From a virus (Duplodnaviria > Caudoviricetes), in IMG/VR virus record IMGVR_UViG_3300049846_001293, positions 1,683 to 65,682 of that record: a stretch of 64,000 bases of DNA; one strand, given 5' to 3'. The position numbers were made by a program, and so were the translations under genes. The notes below the pieces were generated by a model, which was given only the letters and a program-made list of their open reading frames with translations, ran no database searches and was not told the origin of the DNA. Shown here piece by piece: positions 25,867 to 35,234 of the stretch; position 1 is the first letter of the stretch; each line of letters opens with the position of its first letter.

Positions 25867-26187
25867 TTATCGTTCAATTTCCAATACCGCTTCGGTAAGT
25901 GTACGAATCGGCGTCACGCCGACGAATCGACCCACTTCCTGATTATTCTTGATCAATACAAAGGTAGGAATGCTACGGACCGCGTATTGCTTTGCTAAAT
26001 CCGGTTGTGTTTCGGTGTTGATTTTGAGAATCGTACCTTTGCCTTCAATCTTTGGTTCGATGGACGGCAGAATGCGGAGCATCTGTTTACATGGAGAACA
26101 CCAATCGGCGTAGAAATCGAGAACATACGTGTGATCGGCGGTCTGTAATTGTTCTTGCAAGTCGGTGGCAGTAGTAATGTCAATCAT
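25867..26187 (-). CDS. trxA: Thioredoxin
   Basis: DFYADWCSPCK, VRSIPT. Confidence 0.95.
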   Translation of the reverse strand: MIDITTATDLQEQLQTADHTYVLDFYADWCSPCKQMLRILPSIEPKIEGKGTILKINTETQPDLAKQYAVRSIPTFVLIKNNQEVGRFVGVTPIRTLTEAVLEIER

Positions 26188-28034
26188 ACAATCTCACACG
26201 CCCCACCGGCACAGGCCAATTCATCTTGTAATGCCGTATCGTCGGCCAATTCCACGACCTTGGTCAAATCAATCTTATGCAGAGTCTTCACCAATTCCTT
26301 GTATTGTGCTTCGGTGATATCTTCGAATGGCGCCTGGACATAGCTGTGGTCGGAGTACGGTAACACGCTCAATGCCGTGAAGTTGTCCCGGTTCGTCCAC
26401 ATCCACTCACCCACTTCTTCCCATTCGTGTGGCTTGATGGTAATGGTGGTCGAGACGTTGTTCTTGTTCTCACCCTTACGATGACCAGGCTTGACCCATT
26501 CCTTATAGACCTTACTGACGCGATTGAGCAAGTCCAACGCACTCTCTTGTCGTGTGATCGCCCCAGCAGGTGCACGTTGTGGAACTTGAATGACGGCTGT
26601 GGTCGTCGGCTTGAAGAACTCGTCTTCGACGATCTCCGGATGATTCTCTACCAAATACTTGTAAATGCTCTCGTTCTTGTTGACGCGGATTCGACGGATG
26701 TAGAAATCATTGTGCCAAGCATGTATGCCAGATGAGGCGCCCAGCACCAAGGACGTAGTACCCTCCGGCTTCACTGTAGTACATCTCGCTGCTGACTTGA
26801 TCCCAATCAATGTTGCAACCCGGGCATTCTCGTCTTTTACGATCGTCGCGGTTTCCTTCATGTTCAGCGTCAACACCTTCCCCGAGGCGATGCCCGTCAT
26901 CGAGACGCCGATCAAGGCTTCCCGTTCTGTAGTTTTCTTCCATATATCCCTCAGGTAATGAAAATTGGTGTAACTCGCTTGCAACGTGGCAATGAACGCC
27001 GCAGCACGAGCACGTGCATTGAAATCGTCCTGGTCCTTCACATCACTGGCATTGATGGTGACCAAGTTACAGAACTGGAACGGTCGGAGGGAGATTTCCG
27101 CACATGGGTTCAATCCCCATGCGGGATCGTTCGTGAAGAAGAACCCAGGTTCGCCAGAACCCGACAGTTCAATCTTCTTCCACAAATTGAGGAATACGTC
27201 CTTCTCGATCTTATGGCGAACAATCACGGCCGAGTTGTTCGCACGGCCACGTTGTGGATTCAATTCGTACCAGTTACCGAACTTACAAGTCAACATATCT
27301 TCGTCATCGATATCGAAGAGTGCAATCATGGCCGACCGACGAATGCCGCCGGACAATACCGCATCGGCGATGAAGCATAGAATGTCGTGCACTTCCAAGG
27401 TCGAGAGTTTCTCACCGTTGTTCTTGCGGTCAAGAATCTTCTGCACGTTGTGCAAACAATCCTTCAATGGTTCAGGTCCCGGCGCTTTACCACCACTTGT
27501 AATGAGTTGTGCGCCCTTGGGACGAATGTCGCTGAAGTCGAACTCGGGATATGCTTTGCCTTTCATGTACGCCGCCATCAATACCTTCACCGCATCGGAC
27601 CATCCTTCGATGCTGTCCCCGATCAAATATCGACGGGACTTCGTAGGCTTATTGATTTCGGCCAACTTCTCAACGTGTGCGCTCTGTACTGAGTATCCGA
27701 CGCCGGTACCCGAGAGCAAAAGGAACATCACTTCACTGAATGCATCAACGTGATCGATTGGCAAGAACGAACAATTGTACAATCGAGTATTGTTGATGTC
27801 TACTGGCTTTCCTGCGAATTGCAACGATCGCATCGATGGTAGAATCTTCTTGTCATACACGAAATCGTAAGCATCGTTGATTTCGTCATTGAGGGCTGGA
27901 AACCGTGCAATATGCATTGCACGATTTCGGTCCACAATTTCTTTCCATGTCTCACGGCGTTGCTTCTTTGGAACGTACTTCGCGTACTTCATGAACGTGG
28001 TAATATCGGATAGTGCTTTTGATGCTAATTCCAT
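26184..28034 (-). CDS. nrdJ: Class II (B12-dependent) ribonucleotide reductase
   Basis: YNC, GTGVG, RRSA, GEPG, NPCAEI, FCNL, TVKPEGT, C-terminal ACAGGACE. Confidence 0.9.
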   Translation of the reverse strand: MELASKALSDITTFMKYAKYVPKKQRRETWKEIVDRNRAMHIARFPALNDEINDAYDFVYDKKILPSMRSLQFAGKPVDINNTRLYNCSFLPIDHVDAFSEVMFLLLSGTGVGYSVQSAHVEKLAEINKPTKSRRYLIGDSIEGWSDAVKVLMAAYMKGKAYPEFDFSDIRPKGAQLITSGGKAPGPEPLKDCLHNVQKILDRKNNGEKLSTLEVHDILCFIADAVLSGGIRRSAMIALFDIDDEDMLTCKFGNWYELNPQRGRANNSAVIVRHKIEKDVFLNLWKKIELSGSGEPGFFFTNDPAWGLNPCAEISLRPFQFCNLVTINASDVKDQDDFNARARAAAFIATLQASYTNFHYLRDIWKKTTEREALIGVSMTGIASGKVLTLNMKETATIVKDENARVATLIGIKSAARCTTVKPEGTTSLVLGASSGIHAWHNDFYIRRIRVNKNESIYKYLVENHPEIVEDEFFKPTTTAVIQVPQRAPAGAITRQESALDLLNRVSKVYKEWVKPGHRKGENKNNVSTTITIKPHEWEEVGEWMWTNRDNFTALSVLPYSDHSYVQAPFEDITEAQYKELVKTLHKIDLTKVVELADDTALQDELACAGGACEIV

Positions 28035-28103
28035 GGTACATTCTCTGTTAGTGTAAGGAAGGATAAATAGTCGGCGATTCGTGTAAACATCACATCTACT
28101 ATT

Positions 28104-29531
28104 TTACCCCAAATCGATGGAATTAAAATCACCGGTATCCAACGCCCGATTCGTATGCCCGATATCCAACAACTTCTTCTGCATCATTTCTCGAACCTTT
28201 CCTGTGCCATTGACCATCTGATTCTTCACCTTGATGCCGTCCACACTGGCTTCATCGAAGATTTCAATCTGTCCATGCGTCAAATCCATGACCGCGGGAA
28301 ACGTCATGCCGTCGGCACCGAATCGATTCTTGATCATGTGTACACGAGCCGTGTTCGACACTTTATCGGCCAACTTACGGCTGACCGACATGATTACGTC
28401 ACACACGAAGATCTTTGAATATGCACCGGCGATCTTGTCGGCTTCAACTACATCATCCTGCAACGCTGCACGTTGCGACTGCGATGCGGTCCAGCCCGGA
28501 ATCTGCAACTCACCCAACATACCACGAATCTCTTCATAGATGAATCCCAGTTCTTCGTGTCGTGCATTGGATCGTTCAATGGACCGCATGAGGTCAGCAT
28601 AATCGATGATGACCAGGTCAGGCTTGTAGCCGATCTGTGTCATACGATTGATGTGCGCCATCATATGATTGACCGTTGCGGCACGCGTGGGGTAATACTT
28701 GATGATGAGTTCGCCGTTGATCTTGTCGATCTCACGCTGAACTTGTGGAATGTTATCCTTGATCTTGCTCGGTTCGATACCGGTGATGACCGTGTCATAT
28801 CGAAGGCCCACGTAATTTTCGGAGAGTTCGAACGTGTAATCGACCACACGAAGGCCTCGACGTAGTGCTTCTGCACCTAATGCACGAAGGAACCACGACT
28901 TACCAATACCGGAGGGTGCGATGACACAGCCAAGTTCACCCGCACCCAATCCGCCGTCGATCAATTGATTGATGACAGGCCACGGCGTAGGAATCGTGTT
29001 ACGTGCCAACTTCGACACACGCGCTTCCAAACTCTCGGTCCAATGATGCCCAATGTCACGTTCCTGTCCGGCTCGAAGTGCACGGTCCACCAATACCTTG
29101 ATGTCATCGTATTTGCCTTTCTGTACCAAGTCGGCACTACGCAATACAGCATTCTTGATGGATTGATTTTTGCAGAATGTCAGAAACTCATTCTTGACGT
29201 AATCCAAATCCAATGCCTTGCTGTGGCCGTATACATTCTTCAACTGTTCGATGACGGCTACTCGCATTACGTCCATCGACGCAGGAATCTTGTCTACTTC
29301 CTGCTTGAACACATCCATCGTCGGTTGAGAACGATAGGTCTGAAAGTACCAGAGGATCTTTTCTGCGATCCACTTATTTGCATCACTCTCGAAGTAGTGC
29401 GGTACAACAATATCATATGTCTGTTCCAAAAACTTCACATCAGTCAACAATGTTGCCAATGCTTTGGTTTGGAATGAATTACCGAACTTCTGAAGGGTGT
29501 CGAGATTCTCCTCGATAAGATCTTCTTTCAT
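28104..29531 (-). CDS. gp41: Replicative DnaB-like helicase (gp41-like)
   Basis: GGLGAGEL..APSGIGKS, IIDYADL, WTASQ, KNRFG. Confidence 0.9.
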   Translation of the reverse strand: MKEDLIEENLDTLQKFGNSFQTKALATLLTDVKFLEQTYDIVVPHYFESDANKWIAEKILWYFQTYRSQPTMDVFKQEVDKIPASMDVMRVAVIEQLKNVYGHSKALDLDYVKNEFLTFCKNQSIKNAVLRSADLVQKGKYDDIKVLVDRALRAGQERDIGHHWTESLEARVSKLARNTIPTPWPVINQLIDGGLGAGELGCVIAPSGIGKSWFLRALGAEALRRGLRVVDYTFELSENYVGLRYDTVITGIEPSKIKDNIPQVQREIDKINGELIIKYYPTRAATVNHMMAHINRMTQIGYKPDLVIIDYADLMRSIERSNARHEELGFIYEEIRGMLGELQIPGWTASQSQRAALQDDVVEADKIAGAYSKIFVCDVIMSVSRKLADKVSNTARVHMIKNRFGADGMTFPAVMDLTHGQIEIFDEASVDGIKVKNQMVNGTGKVREMMQKKLLDIGHTNRALDTGDFNSIDLG

Positions 29532-30568
29532 TATGCTTTACCGGAAAAACGACTGAGTGGTGCAAATGTTGTTGTCATCCACTCATCTATGTTGGGGAAG
29601 GATGCTAGTAATCTATCACGTAGTAGTGATTGTGTCAAGGCAAGTTTGTTCAAGCCATTGATCGGTGCATCAAATTGACTCAACACTTTCAATCGAATGG
29701 CACCGGACATATGTTGTTCATCCAATCGCATCAATGAAGTGTTTCGTTCCAACAGGTCTTTATTATTCAAAATGTCCTTGCAGGCTTTGCTATCATTTCC
29801 TTCTGCTACGGCGAAAATATGTTCCCAGGCAATCGGTTCTGCATTGGCCAATTCAGGAAAATATTTGATCAGTTTCGCCGGACCAACCCCATGGACACCA
29901 GGAATGTTATCGCTCTTATCTCCGTCAATCGTACGATAGATAACGAAGTTATTGGGATGAATGCCGTATTCTTCCACCACACTCTCCACTGTATATACCT
30001 TTTTCTTGATTGGATTGTATACGGTGATTTGTGCATTCACCAATTGAAGGAAGTCTCGATCATTCGACATGATGATAGCTTCGCCACCACGTTCGGCGGT
30101 GAGATTGGCAAGATATGCCAATGCATCATCGGCCTCAATGTTATCGATTGCAATGACGGTCACTGGTAGGTGAGTCAACGATTCCACCAACTTGATGAGT
30201 TGATATTTGCGACTATCCACTTCGTCGTCCAGTGTATTGAAATCGTAGGTTCGATTCAACTTGGTCATGGATCGACGATTCTCTTTGTAATCCTTGAAGA
30301 TAGCACGACGTTTCGCAGACCCACCTTTACCGTCAAAGACGATGACACATCGTGACGGTTTGAACTGGCGAATTGCCATACCTATGCCTCGTAAGAAGCC
30401 GGTGTAGCCACCCATGTGCACCCCATCTTCGTTCATCGTTGGTGTGCTGGCGAACATCCGCATAAATTGGTTGAGCCCATCAACCAATAAGACTTTGCTA
30501 TCTCGGCTAATGGGCTCAACGTTAGTGTGGGTTTCAGAAAATTGGCGTAACTTTGCTGCGAAATCCAT
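29531..30568 (-). CDS. rnh: 5'-3' exonuclease / T4 RNase H-like flap nuclease
   Basis: LLVDG, VFDG, YKENR, EADD, SNDRDFLQL, GDKSDNIPGVHGVG. Confidence 0.9.
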   Translation of the reverse strand: MDFAAKLRQFSETHTNVEPISRDSKVLLVDGLNQFMRMFASTPTMNEDGVHMGGYTGFLRGIGMAIRQFKPSRCVIVFDGKGGSAKRRAIFKDYKENRRSMTKLNRTYDFNTLDDEVDSRKYQLIKLVESLTHLPVTVIAIDNIEADDALAYLANLTAERGGEAIIMSNDRDFLQLVNAQITVYNPIKKKVYTVESVVEEYGIHPNNFVIYRTIDGDKSDNIPGVHGVGPAKLIKYFPELANAEPIAWEHIFAVAEGNDSKACKDILNNKDLLERNTSLMRLDEQHMSGAIRLKVLSQFDAPINGLNKLALTQSLLRDRLLASFPNIDEWMTTTFAPLSRFSGKA

Positions 30569-30574
30569 ATGTCC

Positions 30575-30811
30575 TCAGTCTGTGGGCCATAGTGCTATTG
30601 ATGCACTTGCTCCATCAATGTTCAACCGTTTATCTTCTTCCACTTCTTCTTCGGTGACGAAGTCACCACTGTAGCCGTCTTCTTCGATGTAGAACCCCAT
30701 TGTGTGACTGGCCAATGGCGAGAATCGATTGCCGTCCGCGTCATGTGACAGAATCACTAATACATCATCATCGATATCTTCTAGCAAGTGTTTGAGTTCT
30801 TTGACGTTCAT
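30575..30811 (-). CDS. Small acidic hypothetical protein
   Basis: MNVKELK..L...D.DGN.FSPL phage motif; ATGA overlap. Confidence 0.65.
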   Translation of the reverse strand: MNVKELKHLLEDIDDDVLVILSHDADGNRFSPLASHTMGFYIEEDGYSGDFVTEEEVEEDKRLNIDGASASIALWPTD

Positions 30812-31935
30812 AGGTCGATGTCTCCTTCTTCAAGTTGTACATCTTCCGGAGTCAATCCAACGCTCGAATAACTCATAACTGCCGTTTCGACCATGCGATT
30901 GTAGAATTCCTCACGCAATTCAGGATTGTCGTTCAACCACTTGCGCCAATCCGACGACTGCATTTTGTGATCCGTGCCACTGAGGTCGGTGTACGTGAAA
31001 TATGCACCGCCCGTCGAAACGAGCTCATGGTCCTTACCAAATTGGAGCCACGATTCAAGATCGTCAATACCACGGTCAAAGTATACATTGAACTCTGCAA
31101 CACGGAATGGCGGACCCAATCGATTCTTCACGACCGAGGCCTTGACCTTCACACCGATTACATCTTTGTCCTTGTTCGTTACTTTACCCGTCACTGACAG
31201 GCGAAGTCTCGTGGACGCGTGGAATGCGATAGCCTTACCACCTGATGTGGTCCACGGATCGGAGAATGCGGGTGCGTTCATCTTCTGTCGTAGTTGATTT
31301 GTGAAGACCAATGCAATCTTCTGCTTTGCAATCAACTGTGTGACTTTCCGCATGGCTTTACTGAGAATGATAGCCTTGCCGGTGGCATAGCCGTCCTTCG
31401 AGTAGTCCGTTTCCATTTCCTGTCGGGTGGGTGCGCCTGCGACCGAGTCCACAACGATAATGACCTTCTTCTCATTACCCTGTGTTTCTCGAACGCGTGT
31501 AACGATGGTTTCAATCGTATCGAAGATATCTTCGACCGTCTCTGGCTGTGCGTACACCATACGACCAAGATTCAAACCAATGGCTTCGAAGAATTCAGCA
31601 TTCACTGCGTTCTCCGTATCAAGCAATACAACCACACCGTTTTCCTTCTGTACATTTGCCATCATGTGTGCCGCGATCAAACTCTTGCCCGAACCTTCCA
31701 ATCCTGTCAGTTCGGTGATGCGACCACATGCAATGCCGCCATATGGACGGTTGCTGATGGCGAGGTCCAACAACGAACTGCCGGTGCCGATGAAATCCGT
31801 CAGGTCCGTTGGTGTCTCTTCTTGTCCGATGAGATATGCGATGTTCCCATCTTTGAATTTCTTATTGATTGCATCAACAATCGCACTCGCAAGTTCTTCT
31901 TGCTGTTGTGTTGGGTCTTTCTTTTTGGATGCCAT
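30808..31935 (-). CDS. uvsX: RecA/UvsX recombinase
   Basis: TGS..LD, GLEGSGKS, DTE, VVDSVA, FTNQLR, TTSGGKAI.FHAS.R, KNR; start MASKK. Confidence 0.93.
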   Translation of the reverse strand: MASKKKDPTQQQEELASAIVDAINKKFKDGNIAYLIGQEETPTDLTDFIGTGSSLLDLAISNRPYGGIACGRITELTGLEGSGKSLIAAHMMANVQKENGVVVLLDTENAVNAEFFEAIGLNLGRMVYAQPETVEDIFDTIETIVTRVRETQGNEKKVIIVVDSVAGAPTRQEMETDYSKDGYATGKAIILSKAMRKVTQLIAKQKIALVFTNQLRQKMNAPAFSDPWTTSGGKAIAFHASTRLRLSVTGKVTNKDKDVIGVKVKASVVKNRLGPPFRVAEFNVYFDRGIDDLESWLQFGKDHELVSTGGAYFTYTDLSGTDHKMQSSDWRKWLNDNPELREEFYNRMVETAVMSYSSVGLTPEDVQLEEGDIDL

Positions 31936-31957
31936 GAAGTATACCTGGAATAGACGC

Positions 31958-31992
31958 AACAGGGGCAGTGATTGAGATCCCTACCCCCATTA
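31958..31992 (-). terminator. Hairpin after gp32 (terminator or processing site)
   Basis: GGGGTAG...CTGCCCC stem on the minus strand; weak U tail. Confidence 0.4.
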
Positions 31993-32003
31993 CATCAGAA
32001 GAT

Positions 32004-32816
32004 TTACTTGCCGAAGAGTTCAGCGAATTCGTTTTCGACTTTAGTCGTGCCGCGTGAGGCGGACTTCGACGCAGACTTCGCTGCGGTCGGCGAGGCGGCT
32101 TCCGTGCCCCAATCGTCATCGGTAGTCGAAACTACCTTACGAGGAGTTTCGGACTTGCTACCGCCATCCACATACTTCACCAACACATCCTTCAACTCGT
32201 CATACGTCATACGCTTGTACAACGAAAGAAGGTCGGGTTGTTCAGTAAGCCACTTCTTCAACTGTTCAGCATCCGTGGTCAACGGCTTCTGTGAAGGTGA
32301 CACGCGGATCGCCGTCTTTGCAAACGACGTATCCGACTTTTCTTGTGGAGTGAAGATGACCTTTACGTCACGACCACCCTGTGGGTCGGTGATATCGCCG
32401 TATTCGGCGTCGGCCATCACTTCGAGCAAGTCGTTGTATACAGTCTTGCCGAAGGCCCAGAATCGTACGCCCTGTTCGGGGTGCTTGCGGTCGATGACCG
32501 GCACGAAGGTACGACGTTGTGGGACGAACTTCTTGGTTTCCTTCCAGTCTTCCTTGGACAATCCACCACCGGAACGCAGTTCATCTGCGAATTCAGCGAT
32601 TGGATCGGGTTCATTGAAAGAGATAGGCGACAAATACGTCTTATTTCCAAGATAGTGGAAATAGAGTTCGGTGAACGGATTGTCGGGGTTCTTCGCGAGC
32701 GGGATGATACGAATGAGGTTTTCACCTTCCTGTGGCTTCCAAAGCACTTCCGTGCGAGCCGTATTTCCCTTTAGTTCGCCAAGTTTGGCGCGAAGCGCTG
32801 CAAGATCTAATGCCAT
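32004..32816 (-). CDS. gp32: Single-stranded DNA-binding protein, gp32-like
   Basis: WKP...IRIIP...PF....HY...SP......DPI, FGK.VY, DITDP..GRD, acidic tail ending ELFGK. Confidence 0.85.
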   Translation of the reverse strand: MALDLAALRAKLGELKGNTARTEVLWKPQEGENLIRIIPLAKNPDNPFTELYFHYLGNKTYLSPISFNEPDPIAEFADELRSGGGLSKEDWKETKKFVPQRRTFVPVIDRKHPEQGVRFWAFGKTVYNDLLEVMADAEYGDITDPQGGRDVKVIFTPQEKSDTSFAKTAIRVSPSQKPLTTDAEQLKKWLTEQPDLLSLYKRMTYDELKDVLVKYVDGGSKSETPRKVVSTTDDDWGTEAASPTAAKSASKSASRGTTKVENEFAELFGK

Positions 32817-32935
32817 TGTGTAACTCCTAATGATGTAAGTGATAAGTGATAATCATGAAAACATAACCGTTTGGTGGTACTCCTATAAGTATCCTGATTA
32901 TCGTAGTTCCGAGCAGTTCTCGTCGCTATGATAGG

Positions 32936-32964
32936 AACCTAATTCGCATATCGTAAACCGTCAA
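32936..32964 (-). promoter_or_regulatory. Sigma70-like promoter for gp32
   Basis: TTGACG-17 nt-TAGGTT, the same boxes as at 13181-13209. Confidence 0.65.
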
Positions 32965-33374
32965 GCGAGGTCGTCAACTTTTACGATTCGATTCAACTTA
33001 GTATGAATTTTCTTCAATTTATTGTACGCGGTGACCAGAATAGTATTTTCAAAGTCCGACCAATTGATTTTGTAATTCTTGTCCATGCGGCCGCCGTTCA
33101 GCTCGGCAATCAACAGATTCAGTGCATTGATGGTATACAAGGTATTACTGCTCTTCTTACGATGCAAGGAAATCGTCGCTTCGGGAACTTGCCCTCGCAG
33201 TTCCGAACCCAGTTCTACATTATATGTGCAACAGAACGCAGTGTCGAGTTCTGAATTTTCGAGTACGTAAATTGTGCCAAATGCAACGGTGTATGTTGCA
33301 TGAATTTGACGGAGGGTCTGATCTAATTTATCAGCGGTTGTAAACGTACACAGTAATTGTGTCCTTTCGGTCAT
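32961..33374 (-). CDS. Conserved hypothetical protein
   Basis: QLLCTF...CTYNV...HRKK.SNTLYTINALN; AAGGAG RBS. Confidence 0.7.
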   Translation of the reverse strand: MTERTQLLCTFTTADKLDQTLRQIHATYTVAFGTIYVLENSELDTAFCCTYNVELGSELRGQVPEATISLHRKKSSNTLYTINALNLLIAELNGGRMDKNYKINWSDFENTILVTAYNKLKKIHTKLNRIVKVDDLA

Positions 33375-33455
33375 ACAGACTCCTTATGATCACATCACAT
33401 TTTGTGTGAGTGAGATACTTTCACATAAGTAGTAAACCGAACTGCCACAATTTGA

Positions 33456-34808
33456 TTATCTCGACAATTTCTTCATTTCCTGGTAGGTATTTCCGTAATA
33501 CACCCGCATCGGGAATCGGCCACCATGAGAAAGCACTTCGAGCGTGGAATTCAACAATTCTTTTCCGTCGGCCATCGAATAATCGATCAGAATGGCGTCA
33601 TAGGTGTATAACGTCAATTTGGAACGAGCCGCCTGGTAGATCGGCTGAAGTTTGTGAATGGCCGCCAAATTCAGCTCGGTTTCGGCCAGCTGTACCATGT
33701 AGTTGAATATTTTGGCGGGTGTCGGTGACTCGATATCCGATTTGCGGATGGCACGCTTGTAATACGGGGAAGTGATATATCCCTGAATCTCCATCAACAT
33801 GGTCAACATATCAATGTACTTGTACACGGCAGTAAAGAATTCAGGAACATTCGTATCCCGGTCATCACCATACAGCAACCGGAACGTGATTTGCTTACCT
33901 TCCTCATACTGTTCCGGTGTCAATTCAGCGACATCAAAATATTGACGACCGAGGTATTCATGAACCGCAATATCCGTAGGCAACTCGAAACCAATCATGT
34001 CTGCAATCAATCGCAGGTGAAAACTTTCGAAATCGGCCATCACTAACAGCCCGTCGTCGTGCCGGCTGGTGAACATTTCTCGTGACCCGTCTCGTTTGTT
34101 CAGTGCCGCAAAATTCACGCCACCGAACTTATTTGACGGACGGCCGGTGGTGGTGAACAGATTGTATTCACTGTACAATAAGTCGTTCTGAATGTATCGG
34201 TTGATTCGGGGTCCGTATTTGGCCACGGACTGGGCCGTTTCGACATGTACACCTGACGATTCCAGATATTGTGTGGCCGGAATGGCGATCTCGTTCATAA
34301 ACTGATACGCGGACGAGTTGATCGTCTCCTGTCGAATCGACAGTAGACCATTCAAATGTTCAATGTATGCTTCCAACCACTCGATATGTCGCATCAACGC
34401 CAAACTTCGATTGATACGAACGTGCTTGTCATACATCGCATAGGTACGTTGGTGGTACAGTGTGTAAAACGTCGAAGCCTCGGTCACTTTACTCGTCGTA
34501 AGATATTCAATCGACTCGATATCATACACGGTACGGATGGACGGCAGAGCATGCATCAATATCTTCTTGGACGGGGTCCAGATTTCAACGTCATCAAACT
34601 TATTCAATACCGCCGGGTCCAATCGTAACGCGTCATTGTGATCGAACGTCAACAAATATGACGCAGACCCCTGTACAACACACAAAGCGCATAAAGCATT
34701 GATTGCCTTATGCGCTTTGTCATCTACGAATATCGGAATCAATGTCACCGGACCGGTGATCGTACTCATCATTGATTCAAATTCTGTAACCGTTTCTACG
34801 ATTTGCAT
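33456..34808 (-). CDS. Divergent family A DNA polymerase
   Basis: TTTGRPSN, motif A ADFESFHLRL, motif B KQITFRLLYG, motif C LYTYDAIL. Confidence 0.8.
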   Translation of the reverse strand: MQIVETVTEFESMMSTITGPVTLIPIFVDDKAHKAINALCALCVVQGSASYLLTFDHNDALRLDPAVLNKFDDVEIWTPSKKILMHALPSIRTVYDIESIEYLTTSKVTEASTFYTLYHQRTYAMYDKHVRINRSLALMRHIEWLEAYIEHLNGLLSIRQETINSSAYQFMNEIAIPATQYLESSGVHVETAQSVAKYGPRINRYIQNDLLYSEYNLFTTTGRPSNKFGGVNFAALNKRDGSREMFTSRHDDGLLVMADFESFHLRLIADMIGFELPTDIAVHEYLGRQYFDVAELTPEQYEEGKQITFRLLYGDDRDTNVPEFFTAVYKYIDMLTMLMEIQGYITSPYYKRAIRKSDIESPTPAKIFNYMVQLAETELNLAAIHKLQPIYQAARSKLTLYTYDAILIDYSMADGKELLNSTLEVLSHGGRFPMRVYYGNTYQEMKKLSR

Positions 34809-35233
34809 TACAACCCTTGATAGAATCTCGCGTATTGTGTTACTACTTGCGTAAGTCCTGGTAATCGTTCATTGGCCAATTCAATACTTCGTCGATTACT
34901 GTCCATGACTCCACTTCGAAGTCTAACGGGCGGTGAGGATTCTGTCAACGTGTATTCATCGTGTAATGGACCAGATATTTGCCATCGAACTTCCACAACT
35001 GTGTACAAGGCATTTCGTTGTAATTTAATGTACGTCGATCGGTCGATTTCTTGGATATCCACATGTGACGTCTGTTGTGATGGGCGAGCGAAATATCGTG
35101 TAAATTCCCCTTGTGCTACATCACGAGGAGTTACCGTCGGTGTATGATCGTACACCGCGATGGGCTTGAACACTTGGGCCGCCCCCACCCGGCGATAGGT
35201 ATCCATCATTTCACGAATAGAAAAGAATGACAT
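34808..35233 (-). CDS. Hypothetical (baseplate-region) protein
   Basis: PT..D...G.FTRYF...EI...W.ISGP; start trimmed to MSFFS. Confidence 0.6.
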   Translation of the reverse strand: MSFFSIREMMDTYRRVGAAQVFKPIAVYDHTPTVTPRDVAQGEFTRYFARPSQQTSHVDIQEIDRSTYIKLQRNALYTVVEVRWQISGPLHDEYTLTESSPPVRLRSGVMDSNRRSIELANERLPGLTQVVTQYARFYQGL

Positions 35234-35234
35234 G

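Noticed and set aside
20501-29531. Inteins or introns in the polymerase, RNR or helicase
   Set aside because: Lengths and motif spacing are ordinary, and no intein splice-junction motifs were seen.
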